Positions 23,981 to 38,143 of a DNA stretch of 64,000 nt are shown piece by piece. The stretch covers positions 1 to 64,000 of the forward strand of contig NIVC01001100.1 in assembly GCA_002269645.1 (NCBI GenBank). The letters are read 5' to 3'. The translations under genes were made by a program, and so were the position numbers. Under the pieces are notes generated by a model. That model had not been told where the DNA came from and did not search any database. It was given only the letters and a program-made list of their open reading frames with translations. Origin of the DNA: Macrostomum lignano. Its lineage: Eukaryota. The number at the start of each line of letters is the position of its first letter. Position 1 is the stretch's first letter.

Positions 23981-26101
23981 GAATGCGAGTTGAGGTGGTT
24001 CGGATCAGATTTAAGATCTGAAATGCTCCCATTTTATAAGCTCAAAATGTTTCAAATAGATTTCCACTGCAACCAAAATCTTCCTGTATCCATATCTGTA
24101 CTTTAACCTATCACTTATTAACATTAAGTGTCTCATTAATGTATTGTATAAGAAGAATAACTGGGCCTTCCTCTTAACTTAAGCCTTGGCCATCCTATCC
24201 ACAAAATGTACATATGGAATTAGATTTAGAATTGCTCTTATAAAAGCTTTGAAACTAGCAAAGTTCAATTTTTATTAAGTCTGAAGCTGCAAACTGGTCT
24301 AAGTATTTTAGGTTTTTAGTTTAGTGGCTAATATTACTAGATACATAATGACCTGGCCTAGATATGGAAAATTTGTTTTCATAACAATGTTTATATTAAT
24401 ATATTCTACCTAGACCTTTAGATCAGAAACTTCCTATAGCTATGTACATAGCTATGGTAAAATACTAGTTTAAGACTAAAAATTCTAGCTGCTAGCTAAT
24501 AAGATTTTCAACAATGTGGTCTCCTATTTATAGAATTAACAATATGAAAAGGCCAAAGCTTGAGCCTTGAGCCTAACTAATACAAACTTATTATATAAAC
24601 TTTAACTAATAACACAAGATTAGTATATTAATTAGAGATATAGTATATTGTGATGCTGTTGTTGTAGAGGTCCATCACTACAGAGATAAGAGCCGGGGGG
24701 ATGCCAGAGTGCTCGAGCAGCTACGCGATCGCGCGCCGGCACACTGAGTGAAAAGCTTTGCAGAAGTCCACAAAGACAATTGACAGCTCTTTGGTGAGTT
24801 TTACAGGCCTCGACGACTGCTTGAAGGGCTGCAATCTGCTCTGTTGTTGAGCGGCCGGGCCTGAAGCCACTTTGGAGGCTCAGGATCATTTGGTTGAGGC
24901 CAGGCAGCAGCCGATTATGCAGCATAGCATTGAGCAGCTTAGCCAGAGTGCATTCCAGAGCGATGCTGCGTTGGTTGTCCAGACTGGTGGATGCGCCCTT
25001 CTTGGGGATGGAGACGATCTTAGAGGTGCGCCAGTTGTCAGCAACAGTAGCATCTGGGTTGCCTCCAAGCAGACAGTGCTTGTTGAGCACAGTTGTGATG
25101 TCCTGTGTCAGCTCCGGCAGCTTGAGCACCCTGGGTGGAATGCCATCTACTCCGGCGGCAGCGTTGAGGCGCATGGTCTTAAGCACTTGGCTCACCTCGT
25201 AGGCAGTCAGCGGGCCAGAGTTGAAAGTCGAGGGCTCAGCCAGGGTAAAGTTTTCGATCGGCAGCAAATCAGCAGAGGGTGGTGGAGCGTTGAGCACATT
25301 GTGGTAGTGAGTGGCCAGCAGGGCTTTGCGATGGTGTATGGACTCAGCACCTACAGCGGCATTGGCCCTCTGCTTCCTGCCAGTCAGGCGGTTGATGGCA
25401 TGCCAGGCCGCTGTGTGCCGGCAGTTGTCTGTTGCTAGTTGAATTTCAGCAACAGCCTCCTGGACAAAGGCTTCAGTCCTCTGGGCATGTGTGTCGCATA
25501 GTTGGGCTCAAGCTGTTTCAGCATGCTCACTGTCTTGGCCAAAGACTGTGGTTGTTCTTTGCACGTCGCGCCTAGCGATGGAGATCTCCTCGTCAGAGTC
25601 CCAGAGGGCTTTTGGCTGGTGCGGTTTTCGTTTTGGGAGGATCAAGGATCAAGGCAGCTTTCTCAACAGCTCTGGTGAAGGCGTCTGCCAATTCATTCAA
25701 GGCCGGAGTAGCATTTTGCAGCTTTTCAATGAACGCACTGCGCGTTCAACAGCAAAGCCTTTGTCCAAACCAGCGATGGCCCAACTGAGGACTTCTGCAC
25801 CAGCTCCGGAGTCCTCCAAGGTGACACGTTGGCCCCTCTGCTCTTCATCCTTGTTGTCGACTACGTGCTGCGCCGAAGCCTCACAGAGAAGACAGTTACC
25901 TGCTGGCGTCACGCCGGAGCTCCTGCCGCGGTGCTGCCCCTTTGCTCGCCCTTGCATATGCCAACGACATCGCCCTGCTGTGCTGCAGTCTGACTGCCAC
26001 CCAGAGAACACTCTCGAGACTCTATGAGGAGAGTGCCCAAGTCGGACTGCAAATCAACGCATGCAAGACGGAGGTGCTGCACATGGACACCGATGCAGCA
26101 C

Positions 26102-26509
26102 TAGAGGTCGGACGGGATGAAATCTTCGGGCGGGATCGGGATCGGGAATAATTTTTTTCTTGGGATCGGGATCGGGATCAGGATTCGGGAATCGGGATCA
26201 AGTCTTTTAGTGTATTGTAGCTTGTAGGTCCATATAAAGTTAAACAAAATTGAGCTTAAAGTGTCAAGATCAAAAAGTAGAATACAATAAAATTGATGCA
26301 AAGTTTTGTAACCAACAAATTAATAATGTAATGAGTACAAGGTAAAACAAAATACATTCAAGTAATCACTAATTCTATAAATTTTTAAACAAAATACCTG
26401 TTCCCCTTTCTCGTGTTTTTTAGGGTCGGGATTCTAGTCCCGCGGGAATCCAATTTTCCTTGGGATCCCGAGATTTCGGGATCAGGATCGGGATCCTGTC
26501 CAACCTCTA
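26102..26509. mobile_element. hAT-type MITE nested in the RT fragment
   Basis: 17-bp TIRs TAGAGGTCGGACGGGAT / ATCCTGTCCAACCTCTA (15/17); 8-bp TSD TGCAGCAC (26094-26101, 26510-26517). Removal restores the RT frame (DTDAAPILTLPDG). Confidence 0.88.
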
Positions 26510-26960
26510 TGCAGCACCAATCTTGACCCTACCAGATGGGCAAGTCATTTCAGTCTGCAGAGACTTCTGATACCTGGGCTCCCTTGTGATGAGCCCTGAC
26601 TCCATCATTGCTGACCAGAGGTCACAGGCCTGGCACGCGGCTCATCTCCTCAGGGAGGTCTTTAGGTCAGCTGCCATTAATGACCTGAAGATGCACCTGT
26701 TTTACGTTGCTATAGAGCCAATCTTCCTATATAGACTGGAGGTAGTGCCAGTGACCAACTCGAGGTCTCGAGCCCTAGATGCTGCCTACCAATCACTGCT
26801 ATAGTTCGCCCTTGGCATCCATTACCCAGAGTGGCTGCCAATTGATCTGCTGATAGTGAAAGCCTATATGTCTCAGCTCAGTGCCATCCTCCAATGGCAC
26901 TGGCTAATACTTATTGGCTATTGCCTCTATAGCTATGGCAGAGGAGAGCAAAAACCTACT

Positions 26961-27746
26961 GGCTCATTCCATATAAGATGGACATATTTGGAAAATAGAA
27001 AAAAGTCAATATTTTTGCTTGCCATTGCCTAATTAGCCTATTTTTTTACTAAATGTTTATATTGTGCAATATATACAATCTAAGAATAAAGGAATGGTAA
27101 AATGTTGGATTAGTATGTTATCAATTGGCAAAAAGTCATTTTTGTAAAAATTTGGACATTTTTTGAAGCAAAAGACATCATTAAGATTTTGTACCTTTTA
27201 AAAACAAATAGAAAGCTTTTGAAGGTTGAAACAAACTATAGATAAAAGTATAGTACTTGCATCATCAGATAAAAGCATTGGTGACCAAATAATCTATTAT
27301 ATTTTTAATGTATTAGTACCTCAAAGTTACTGAATTGACAGAAAAAAATATGTTACGACCATAATGTTACGACCATAAGGCTGCCTTTTCTTTTGTATCT
27401 TTGTTGCCTTTTGAGTTTATATATTCTAATAAAAGAGTATGATTTCTAAAGATGTTCTTAGTCAAATTTTAAAAATGCATTGCAAAATATCAAAAATGAA
27501 AAATGTTATAAGACTTTTACCTTTTAGTTTCTATATGTCAAAAATCCTGTCGTTACGACCATAAGTGTCATTTAAGGTTTAATAGCATCTATACTAATGA
27601 TGATATCTATATGAAACTCTATAAATATATTCTAGACAAAATAATCTTTCATTTAAAATATTGGTTTAGTATATTCTATTATTAGATTTCATTTTATAAG
27701 TAAAAATAACCTGTCATGTTACGACCATGCTTATATGGAATGAGCC
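26961..27746. mobile_element. Non-autonomous TIR element (MITE), superfamily unclear
   Basis: Perfect 17-bp TIR GGCTCATTCCATATAAG / CTTATATGGAATGAGCC; TSD TACT (alternatively CTACTG or CCTACTGG); AT-rich interior with repeated GTTACGACCAT. Confidence 0.85.
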
Positions 27747-29319
27747 TACTGGCGATCACCTTGCTGCATTAGCCAACTGAGTGTCTTTGATGGGGCCAAG
27801 GCCAGACTGTCACAATGACTGCCATGTTAGAGTCTAACCTACTAGCTATTAACCTAACCCCACAATCTGTCACAAACTGTCTTTTTTATCTTTTTTGTGA
27901 GTTTGTGCGCGCAAGATGCCTACTATAATCTTTGGGTCCTTATATATATATATATATAGATATATATATACATATTGTGATAGTGTTAAAAGTATATTAA
28001 TAATAGACCTTGAGATATAGGAGCTACTTGTAGATAAGAAAAATACCATCCTATAACCATGTCCAAATTGGCATATTTATATCCCTATTGCAGTACATGG
28101 CTTAGATGTACCAGATGTCTACCCTAATTGTGCCATGGTAGCACCCAAGGAAGATTGATACTGATAGGCAGACTAGAGAGGGGGAGCTTTGCTTTGCCAT
28201 ACTACACTGTGCCTCCTATTGCCTCCCACCACTTTGCCACACCATGCCATTTCTCCTGCTGCTCTCTTATTTGTAGTTTGTAGCAAATTTTTCTTTGTAA
28301 GGCCAATTTATTAATATTAACAATCACTGTTTGCTTATTTAGTTATTATTAAAATTATACAAGTAGACGGTAGTAAATAGTAAAATTTAAAAACAAAATA
28401 CAAATAGGTCTATAGCTAGGCTACTATCTAATAAGCCATACCAGTAAGTAAGAGTAGGCCTAAGTGAACCTAAAAATATTGTTTCATGTAAGAATAAATT
28501 TTAAGATTAATAAGAATATCTAACTCATACAGTCATGGACATTGAAATGAAAGCTTTTAGTCACATATTAAAACTGGAGATGCAGTCTATCATAAAAACT
28601 TTAGAGTCTTGCATATTAGACTTAGACAGTGTGTGTTTGTCAAGGACTTAAGTCGTCCTTGGTCTTGGAGTTATGCACCATATCGCCCATATGCCATATA
28701 TGCAATGCGTCATCATAGTGCTCAATGCGACAAAGAGAGCCATCAGGGACCGATTTTTTTATAATTTTGGATAATTTCATTCAAAATGGACATAAAAATC
28801 GACATGAATTACTTGGTTATTTATTACAATCGGACTTCAGCTGTAATAAAATTTGCAAATACAAGAAAAACACAACGTGCGTGTGACGTCCGTATCAATT
28901 GCTTGATATGATGTTTTGACTTAATTCCGAGTTTTCTTAAAAAATCTGTAACAACAAAAACAAAAGCCTTCAATAAAACTTACTTAAAGAAGTGATTTGA
29001 CAGTAAAAATAGCATATATGACTTCAAATATCTTAACTAAAATATATTACTATTTATTATGTTCTTTATTTATTGTGTGAAGACTCGAAAAGTTTTTGTA
29101 TTTTTTTTAATTCAAAGAATAAACTAAGAATTCTTAGTTCGATTGCATGCATGTGTTCGGTCCCGAAATGGACAAATGAGACAAAATGTGACTGTGTTGG
29201 TGATTAAAGATCAAATTATTTATTTGAAATCACTTCTAAAATAATTTTAGGCCTTTTGGTGTGCCTTCTACTGACGTCATGCCAATAGATAGTGTTGCCT
29301 TGGTGGATTTCAGTATAGA

Positions 29320-29341
29320 ATGTCATTAATTTGCGTCTGTG
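29320..29341 (+). CDS. unc-13: unc-13 first coding exon (MSLICVC)
   Basis: ATG TCA TTA ATT TGC GTC TGT G|GTAAGT resembles the Munc13 start MSLLCV with its phase-1 intron. Confidence 0.85.
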
Positions 29342-29854
29342 GTAAGTCAGTTTTATTTTATTTAAGTAATTTTGGTGGATCCGATCCACCAAAATCCAGC
29401 AAAATCCTGATTACTGCTTTCATATTTTCTAGCTAGTTTTGTCGTTTAAGAGTATATACTTCGTTTTATTAGCAATTCAATAATCACCGAGACGTCAATA
29501 AAAATTATTTGTATAGTAAAATGAGACTGTAATGGCTAAACCTAAGGCCCTGTAAAAGTTTTAGGAGTGGAATGTATTCACTCCATAGCTTCAGACTATA
29601 AAAGAAGAGTTGAACCACATTATCATATTCTGAATGCCTTTCTAATTAGCTATTGTTAAATTTATGAATATCTTTTATTGTAATTCTCAAGCTGGATTTC
29701 TGAGCTATTAACAAGATAACTCTTTTAATTAAAAAAAGCGAGTTAGGTTTAGAGAATTTGCTGTTAATATTAAAACTAACGGTCCTGTCTTGTTTAATAT
29801 TTTAATTGAAAGAGAATACACATACTTCAAATGAGAACTTGTATGTTATTTTAG

Positions 29855-29984
29855 TGAAAAAGGCCAGCATCGCTGGTGACGGGTCACAGCTCAACACTTA
29901 CGTCTGTCTAAAGCTGCAAAATGTAAAGTCCACAACAATCGCAGTGAAAGGATGCGTGCCTTCGTGGGAGCAGGACTTTATGTT
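29855..29984 (+). CDS. unc-13: unc-13 exon, C2A domain
   Basis: [43 protein letters not shown] matches Munc13 C2A. Confidence 0.93.
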
Positions 29985-30501
29985 GTAAGTATTGGAAATT
30001 TATTGCTCTAAAAGTGATGAATTTGGCTGCTCGATGCTATTAAAAGAATAAAAGTAAGCAAAGTAAGGATCTTGACGTTCAAATCTCAAACCCCAGAGCT
30101 GATCATTTCTGGCAGACTGCCCAGAATGGATACTCGTACATTCGCAGTTAAAATGCGCAGTTAAAAAACTGTTTGCCCAACAATTTTTACCGAGATCTTG
30201 ACTTTGCTATTCATGACTTCGAAGTGGGCCTTCCGTTCTGGTTTAGTTTAATAATACCAGCGTAAGTTTCATTTGGCTGCAAAGCCAGCAGTCTGGGAAT
30301 GATTGATAAGTTCGATTTCGTAACTTTACTAGAGTTCCCGAAATCCACATCACTGCTTCTCTCGCATTTTAATAAATGTGAATACATCAATAACGTAATA
30401 TCTGAGATAGCAGGCACTTGGCAATACAAAGTAGCACAAGCAGCTGTACACCCTGTCTACCCGCCTGTCTGCTTGCTATATGTCATCTTAGTGTCTGTGT
30501 A

Positions 30502-30502
<1 letters not shown>

Positions 30503-30558
<56 letters not shown>

Positions 30559-30561
30559 GCC

Positions 30562-30650
<89 letters not shown>

Positions 30651-30691
30651 GCCTGTCTGCCTGTCTGTCTGTCTGTCTGTCTATCTGTCTG

Positions 30692-30723
<32 letters not shown>

Positions 30724-30785
30724 CGTTTTAGTGTCTATCTATCTGTCTGTCTGTCTGTCTGTCTTAGTGTCTATATATCTGTCTC
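30503..30785. repeat. (CTGT)n microsatellite
   Basis: Direct inspection. Confidence 0.97.
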
Positions 30786-31394
30786 TGTGACTGTCTCACA
30801 ACCCCAACCTGCACCGCTCACTCCCTTCAGAGCACCCAACACAAGGCTGATTTCAGTGGTGTGACGACCTGTTCACTTAAAGCTACACGACTCAGAAGTC
30901 GCCCCCACACTCCTATTCTCCCACTCTCCCGCCCCTTCCATTCCCCCACCCACAGAAGCGGCAGTCTATCAATAGTCGCCTGAGTTCCTTTCATTCCCCA
31001 GCGCGCCCTGCTAAAGCCTGGCTGAGCTGTTTTGCGTGACGAAGCACTTTCCCAAATATATTGCCAGTCAGCTTGTAGCCAACCAAACTGGGACGCCTTG
31101 GAGGCTTGGCGCTCCTTATCCCTTTTCTGTTCCTCTCCTCCCTCTTCCCCTCAGCCTTCTCTCGCCACTCTGTCCCCGGACCTGGCAGTGCACAGGTTTG
31201 GCACATCTTCGCTCCCATTTTATTCCTTAACTCTCCCATCGGTGTAATTCCCAGTGTGTTATGAAAGTCCTTCAATACTCTTATTTTTCTCCATGCAGTG
31301 CTGTTTTTTTGGTAATTTCTGCCGGCTATTTACTCTGAGATGGTATTTTAGTTGCTAATTGAGCATTGTAATGATCTTTGAAATCCAATTCTTG

Positions 31395-32010
31395 ACACAC
31401 GATTCCATTGACCCACTTTTCTATCTGACACACGATTCCATTGACCCACGATTCTACTGACCCACGATTCAATTGACCCACGATTCAATTGACCCAGGAT
31501 TCCATTGACCCACGATTCAATTGACCCAGGATTCCATTGACCCACGATTCAATTGACCCAAAATTCCATTGACCCACGATTTGACCCACGATTCAATTGA
31601 CCCAGGATTCAATTGACCCAAAATTCCATTGACCCACGATTCCATTGACCCACGATTTGACCCACGATTCCATTGACCCACTTTTCTATCTGACACACTA
31701 TTTCATTGACCCACGATTCTATTGACCCACGATTCAATTGACCCACGATTCCATTGACCCACGATTCAATTGACCCACGATTTGACCGACGATTACATTG
31801 ACCCACGATTTGACCCACGATTCCATTGACCCACGATTCCATTGACCCACGATTCAATTGACCCACGATTTGACCGACGATTCCATTGACCCACTTTTCC
31901 ATCTGACCCACGATTCCATCTGACCCACGATTCCATCTGACCCACTATTCCATCTGACCCACTATTCCATCTGACCCACTATTCCATCTGACCCACTACA
32001 TGTATACCAT
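31395..32010. repeat. ~16-bp minisatellite
   Basis: (GACCCACGATTCCATT)n. Confidence 0.93.
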
Positions 32011-32085
32011 CTGACCCAAAATTCGACAAACCTCCACTTAGACCCAGCTATAAGAAACACTTTAAACCATTGAAAATGCTTACAG

Positions 32086-32203
32086 CGAGGCCCACACTCT
32101 CAACACTGGGCTGACAGCGGAACTGTGGAACAAAGGCGTGTTCTGGGACAGGATGCTGGGCTGCGCGTGGATACCGCTTGGCGAAGTGAGCGAGTCTGCC
32201 AAG
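32086..32203 (+). CDS. unc-13: unc-13 exon, C2A domain
   Basis: FEAHTLNTGLTAELWNKGVFWDRMLGCAWIPL matches Munc13 VEVWNKGLIWDTMVG; phases fit. Confidence 0.92.
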
Positions 32204-32275
32204 GTAACAAAAAGCTTTATTATAATTTACCAAATTTACCAAGTTTATAAATTTTTTGTTTCAAATAATTCCCAG

Positions 32276-32399
32276 GAGGGTCTCGGCCGATGGGTGAACA
32301 TGGACAGCGAATATGTGATTCACAGAGGTGCCATTGTGGGAACCGCGCGCCCCACAGACCACCGACTGTTGTTGGACATCCGCATGGAGCATGGATACG
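32276..32399 (+). CDS. unc-13: unc-13 exon, end of C2A
   Basis: EGLGRWVNMDSE...IVGTARPTDHRLLLDIRME matches EGPGEW...GTKNPTPHKILLDTRFE. Confidence 0.9.
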
Positions 32400-32793
32400 G
32401 TGAGTTGTTATTAATTTTTAAGTCATACAACTTTACTGAAGCCATACTTGAATGGTCAAGCCGATCTGTCACACTCTCCATCAGCCAAGCGCTCATTTTG
32501 ATGCAAAAAAAATTGATCCGAAAGAATTCGAAGTTAAAAATCGTCTGGGCTCGTCGAGGACCGCGGCTTCAACTTATTTCCGGGAACTGACCTATCAATA
32601 ATCCAGCACTCTGTTTGATTTGCTCACTGAGTTCAAGTCCAGATCATTGAGCTGGATAGATCCTGGACAACCCCAGCTCTAACCCCATCAACGTTCACCC
32701 ACTGACAGGAGCTTATGAAGTAAAAAATTGAGACTGTCTGACTGTCTGTCCGGCTGTCTGGACTCCAGGAGTACTTTAGGTTCTGGGAGAAGT

Positions 32794-32832
<39 letters not shown>

Positions 32833-32904
32833 CTGGTGCACTTTTTATACTGATAATTCATGCACTAATAAAGTTTATTTGAAACTCTGATTTGTAGTGT
32901 CCCA

Positions 32905-33500
32905 ATCCTTTAGCGAGCCCCTCCACCCCTCCAAATCCTTCAGCAAGCTCCGCCACCCCTCCCGATCCTTCAGCAAGCTCCGCCACCCCCTCCCGATCCT
33001 TCAGCGACCCCCTCCACCCCTCCCGATCCTACAGCGACCCCCTCCACCCCTCCCGATCCTACAGCGAGGCCCTCCACCCCTCCCGATCCTACAGCGAGCC
33101 CCTCCACCCCTCCCGATCCTTCAGCGAGGCCCTCCACCCCTCCCGATCCTTCAGCGAGGCCCTCCACCCCTCCCGATCCTTCAGCGAGGCCCTCCACCCC
33201 TCCCGATCCTTCAGCGAGGCCCTCCACCCCTCCCGATCCTTCAGCGAGGCCCTCCACCCCTCCCGATCCTCCAGCGAGGCCCTCCACCCCTCCCGATCCT
33301 CCAGCGAGGCCCTCCACCCCTCCCGATCCTCCAGCGAGGCCCTCCACCCCCTCCAGATCCTTCAGCGAGCCCCTCCACACCCTCCCGATCCTCCAGCGAG
33401 CCCCTCCACCCCCTCCAGATCCTTCAGCGAGCCCCTCCACCCCTCCCGATCCTTCAGCGAGCCCCTCCACACCCTCCCGATCCTCCAGCGAGCCCCGCCT
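32905..33500. repeat. 30-bp minisatellite
   Basis: (CCTCCACCCCTCCCGATCCTTCAGCGAGGC)n. Confidence 0.95.
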
Positions 33501-34084
33501 CCTCTGAGCAGTCTTTAAAAGTACTATTAACTCAATTGAATAATTTGACACGAATATTAAATATGATTTATCACGACAGCAGTAATGCTAACGATATGAA
33601 AAATTGAATTCCCCTCTGCCAGAATTCTATTAATCCCCTGTTGCATTGGTGATCCCTTTCTCCCGTCTCGCTCCTCTTGCCTTCGAAGAGCAGGGCGATA
33701 ATTATTCGAGGCACGAAATTCTCAAAGTCAGCAGCTTAGAGTCTCAGTGTCCCCCTCCTCAAGTCAGGGAGAGGTCCTTCGGCTCTTGACTCGGCTTTGA
33801 AATCAATTCTCTCGCACTGCTTTGCCATCGCTGCTCCCCCTATTTTGCCCAGTCTGGCTTATGAGAGGCATTTATTATTATTCCCTTTCTCTCGGGCTCG
33901 CTGCCCTGCCCTGCCCTGGGCCTGGGAACCGGCTTAGGGGCCGTGCCGCACTGCGAGAAATTGCTCGTATAGCCGCCCTCTCTTGCCCTCTCTTGTCTCC
34001 GTTGTCCGTTGCCCTGCCCTCTCTGCTTTGCTCCCTTTGCATCTTTTTATCTTGTAGGGTACAGCGAATCTTGCGTGACCTGAC

Positions 34085-34426
34085 CGCTCTCTCTTCACCC
34101 TTTTTCTCTCTCTTTACCCTCTCGCTTTACCCTCTCTCTCTTTACCCTCTCTCTCTTTACCCTCTCTCTCTTCACCCTCTCTCTCTCTCTTTACCCTCTC
34201 TCTCTTTACCCTCTCTCTCTTCACCCTCTCTCTCTCTCTTTACCCTCTCTTTTCACCCTCTCTCTTTACCCTCTCTATCTTCACCCTCTCTCTCTCTTTA
34301 CCCTCTCTCTCTTTAGCCTCTCTCTTTACCCTCTCTCTTCACCCCCTCTCTCTCTCTCTTCACCCCCTCTCTCTTCAGTCTTCACCCCTCTCTCTCTATT
34401 CAACCTCTCTCTTTCTTTACCCTCTC

Positions 34427-34461
<35 letters not shown>

Positions 34462-34700
34462 ACCCTCGCTATCTTCATCCTCTCTCTCCACCTCTCTCTC
34501 TTCACCCCCTCTCTCTCTCTATTCAACCTCTCTCTTTCTTTACCCTCTCTCTTCACCCTCTCTCTCTTTACCCTCTTTCTCTCTCTCTCTTCACCCTCTC
34601 TCTCTTCACCCCCTTTCTCTTCACCCTCTCTCTCTCTCTTCACCCTCTCTCTTCACCCCCTCTCTTTTCACCCTCTCTCTATTCACCCTCTTTTCTCCTG
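34085..34700. repeat. CT-rich low-complexity tract
   Basis: TTTACCCTCTCTCTC / TTCACCCTCTCTC units. Confidence 0.92.
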
Positions 34701-35779
34701 TGTCTCAATCTCTGCGTCAAATTCGTGTCCAATTTCCCTATACTCTCCAGCTTGCTAATTTCCTCCAGAGGACTCAATAAGCAGCGTGCTTTCCCAGGCA
34801 GAAGAAAAAGTTTTATACGGAGAGTTCGTGGGCAGGATTTCGCTGTGTGCTCTCTCTGTGTTGCATAGAGATGCGTATAAACAGGCCGCGGCAACACCGC
34901 CATGGAACAAGATCGGCGCTCCTCGCCCTTTTCTCGTCGTTGGACCGGGGCCAAAGTCACGAATTATTCATCAAGGCGCTGCTCTCACCGCATTCATCCC
35001 CTGCATACACTCTACGTCTCTCCCCTCCCTCATCAGCATCTTATAAGCGTCATCTATTTTAGCAGTAACGCGCGCCCGGTTTTGAAAGTCGATCGTTTCT
35101 CGGCCGGCTGTCTTAGAAACTAAGAAAAAAACTTTTCGGAGGAGGCCTTGAGACTTCGCCATCTCCTCAGCTTCCTGTGTTTCTCTCCGCGCCAAGCCTC
35201 CCCATCCAGTGCTCTCCCTTCCCCTCTCTGCACCCTCCACACACACACAGTTCCGTCCCCCTGCGCCCCCCCCATCGCAGCTCTGCCTCGCTCCTTTTTG
35301 TGGCTAAATCGATTTTCCCAAGATGGCCCGGCCAGCTCAGGCCCCTCAGCCTATGGCACACAGCGAGAGTGCCTGGGCACACACAGGGGGATGGCGAACT
35401 TGCACTCTTGTATGTGTCTCTTTCCCTCCGTGTGTGAGCGCGGCCCGAACTCTCACAGTCACATAACTTTCATTTCCCTTTCTCCTTTGTCGACCTCTGA
35501 GCCACTGTTGGTTCATCGCGAGCCGCTTGTCACTGGTGTTTTGAGTATTTTTAGCGTCTTTCTGTAGTGCAAATAAATCAATCAGGGCGAAGGCTCACTG
35601 CTCTCACCTTCAGCTGAAACAATCTTAGGGGTGCTCCACTGCCTTTGCCCAATTCGTCACGGTTTCTTTATTCTCTTCAAAGAACTGTTGCTTCTTCTGC
35701 TCGGCTCTGCGCAACTGACGCATTCAAGCTTTAATAATATTGTCTTTTCTGGCCAGAATCCATTCGATTTTCTCGTGTC

Positions 35780-36135
35780 TCCTCTCCCCTCCTCTTCTCT
35801 CCTCTCCTCTACTTTCCTCTCCTCTCCTCTTCTCTCCTCTCCTCTCTCTCCTCTCCTCTCCTCTCCTCTCCTCTCCTCTCCTCTCCTCTCCTCTTCTCTC
35901 CTCTCCTCTCCTCTCCTCTACTTTCCTCTCCTCTCCTCTCCTCTCCCCTCCTCTCCTCTCCTCTCCTCTCCTCTCCTCTCCTCTCCTCTCCTCTCCTCTC
36001 CTCTCCTCTCCTCTCCTCTCCTCTCCTCTCCTCTCCTCTCCTCTCCTCTCCTCTCGTCCCCTCTTCTCTCCTCTCCTCTCCTCTCCTCCCCTCTCTTCTC
36101 TCCCCCCCTCTCTTCTCTTCTCCTCTCCTCTCATC
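35780..36135. repeat. (CTCCT)n microsatellite
   Basis: Direct inspection. Confidence 0.95.
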
Positions 36136-36646
36136 TCAGCCAGATGTGCTCAGCCAGACAGCTCAAGGATTCCTCAAGGATATGGATTCCGACGCAATAC
36201 AAATATTATTATTGCCCTGAGACAAGTATCGAAGAGCTAAAACAGCTCCTCAGTTATCAGCCACTGTCTGCTTCCGCTCTGCAGAAGAAAATTTCATTCA
36301 ATGGCTCTATTACCGTGCGTCCTCTCCCCGATCGTGTGCTGGCTATAAATTAGAACAGCACCGCCAGCCTACCCTGCCAGCAGTGCCACAGTGGCCTCCG
36401 TGTCATTTATTTAGATTTTCTACACATCCTATTCACACACACAGAATTGTAAAATTCTGCAGAGACTGAGCTGCTGCGCCACACTCACCTCCACTTCCTC
36501 GGGATGAAGCCAATTCTCGCTACCCGTGGCATTAAAATTCAGCTCTGTGATTAATTTCCCACTGCACAAATATGAGTTCCATATTTGGGAATGCTGGAGT
36601 TTTGTTACCTCTTGGACTGCTAATGAATGCATTGTGTGGCCTGAAC

Positions 36647-37530
<884 letters not shown>

Positions 37531-37546
37531 AACTCTCCCATTGCAG

Positions 37547-37608
37547 GGGCAGACCAGCATCAGATGCAGCTGCGCCTATCCCGGCTCAAAGCCTCGCGCG
37601 ATGAAGAG
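37547..37608 (+). CDS. unc-13: unc-13 exon (post-C2A helix)
   Basis: TTGCAG acceptor, GTAAGT donor, phase 1-0; ADQHQMQLRLSRLKASRDEE. Confidence 0.7.
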
Positions 37609-37882
37609 GTAAGTGAGTCTGCTTTCAGTGAAGCAGGGCAGCTCGCAAGTTCCTTTGTTGCTGCAAACAAGCGTACTTTTGTATTGAATTAGCATTAGCG
37701 AGCATTTCCAATATGTATCAACGCTCAGAACCCCGCCAGAGACTGTACTAAATAGCATAAGCTAATTACCATATTTCCTCATTACAGCGGAATCATAGTT
37801 AGGGGGGATATTCTAGACTTGAGACTCCGCCATCTCCCTCCCACGCCAACTTTCATCCCAACTAAACCGCTCCCAACTGCAG

Positions 37883-38112
37883 TGCATGAGCGAAGACTCG
37901 GACTACACAAGCGACTACAATCTGCCAATGCATCATCAGCATAATTTGCCAGCATTCCAGTATCGGTCTGAGCTGATGCTGCGGCAGCAGGGGCTCCCCC
38001 CGGCAGCGGCTCCGCCTTCCTCTCTGTGGGCAGTGGAAGATCCGGAGCCGATGTCTTATAATAGTCGGCCCCCTGGCTTGCCTGGCATCTACTCCACTCG
38101 AGGCCAGGGTGC

Positions 38113-38143
<31 letters not shown>

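Larger units (their letters stand above)
24655..27971. mobile_element. Degenerate RTE-like non-LTR retrotransposon with 5' inversion
   Basis: Minus strand 24654-~25746 encodes the linker and RT domains 0-3 (GFRPGRSTTEQI, VDFCKAF). Plus strand 25747 onward encodes RT domains 4-7 (GVLQGDTLAPLLF, YANDI, YLGS). (TA)n tail; TSD ATATTGTGAT at 24645-24654 and 27972-27981. Stops and frameshifts present. Confidence 0.82.

Noticed and set aside
32476-32590. Extra unc-13 exon after the CCATCAG acceptor
   Set aside because: The required phase-1 frame hits TGA within six codons.
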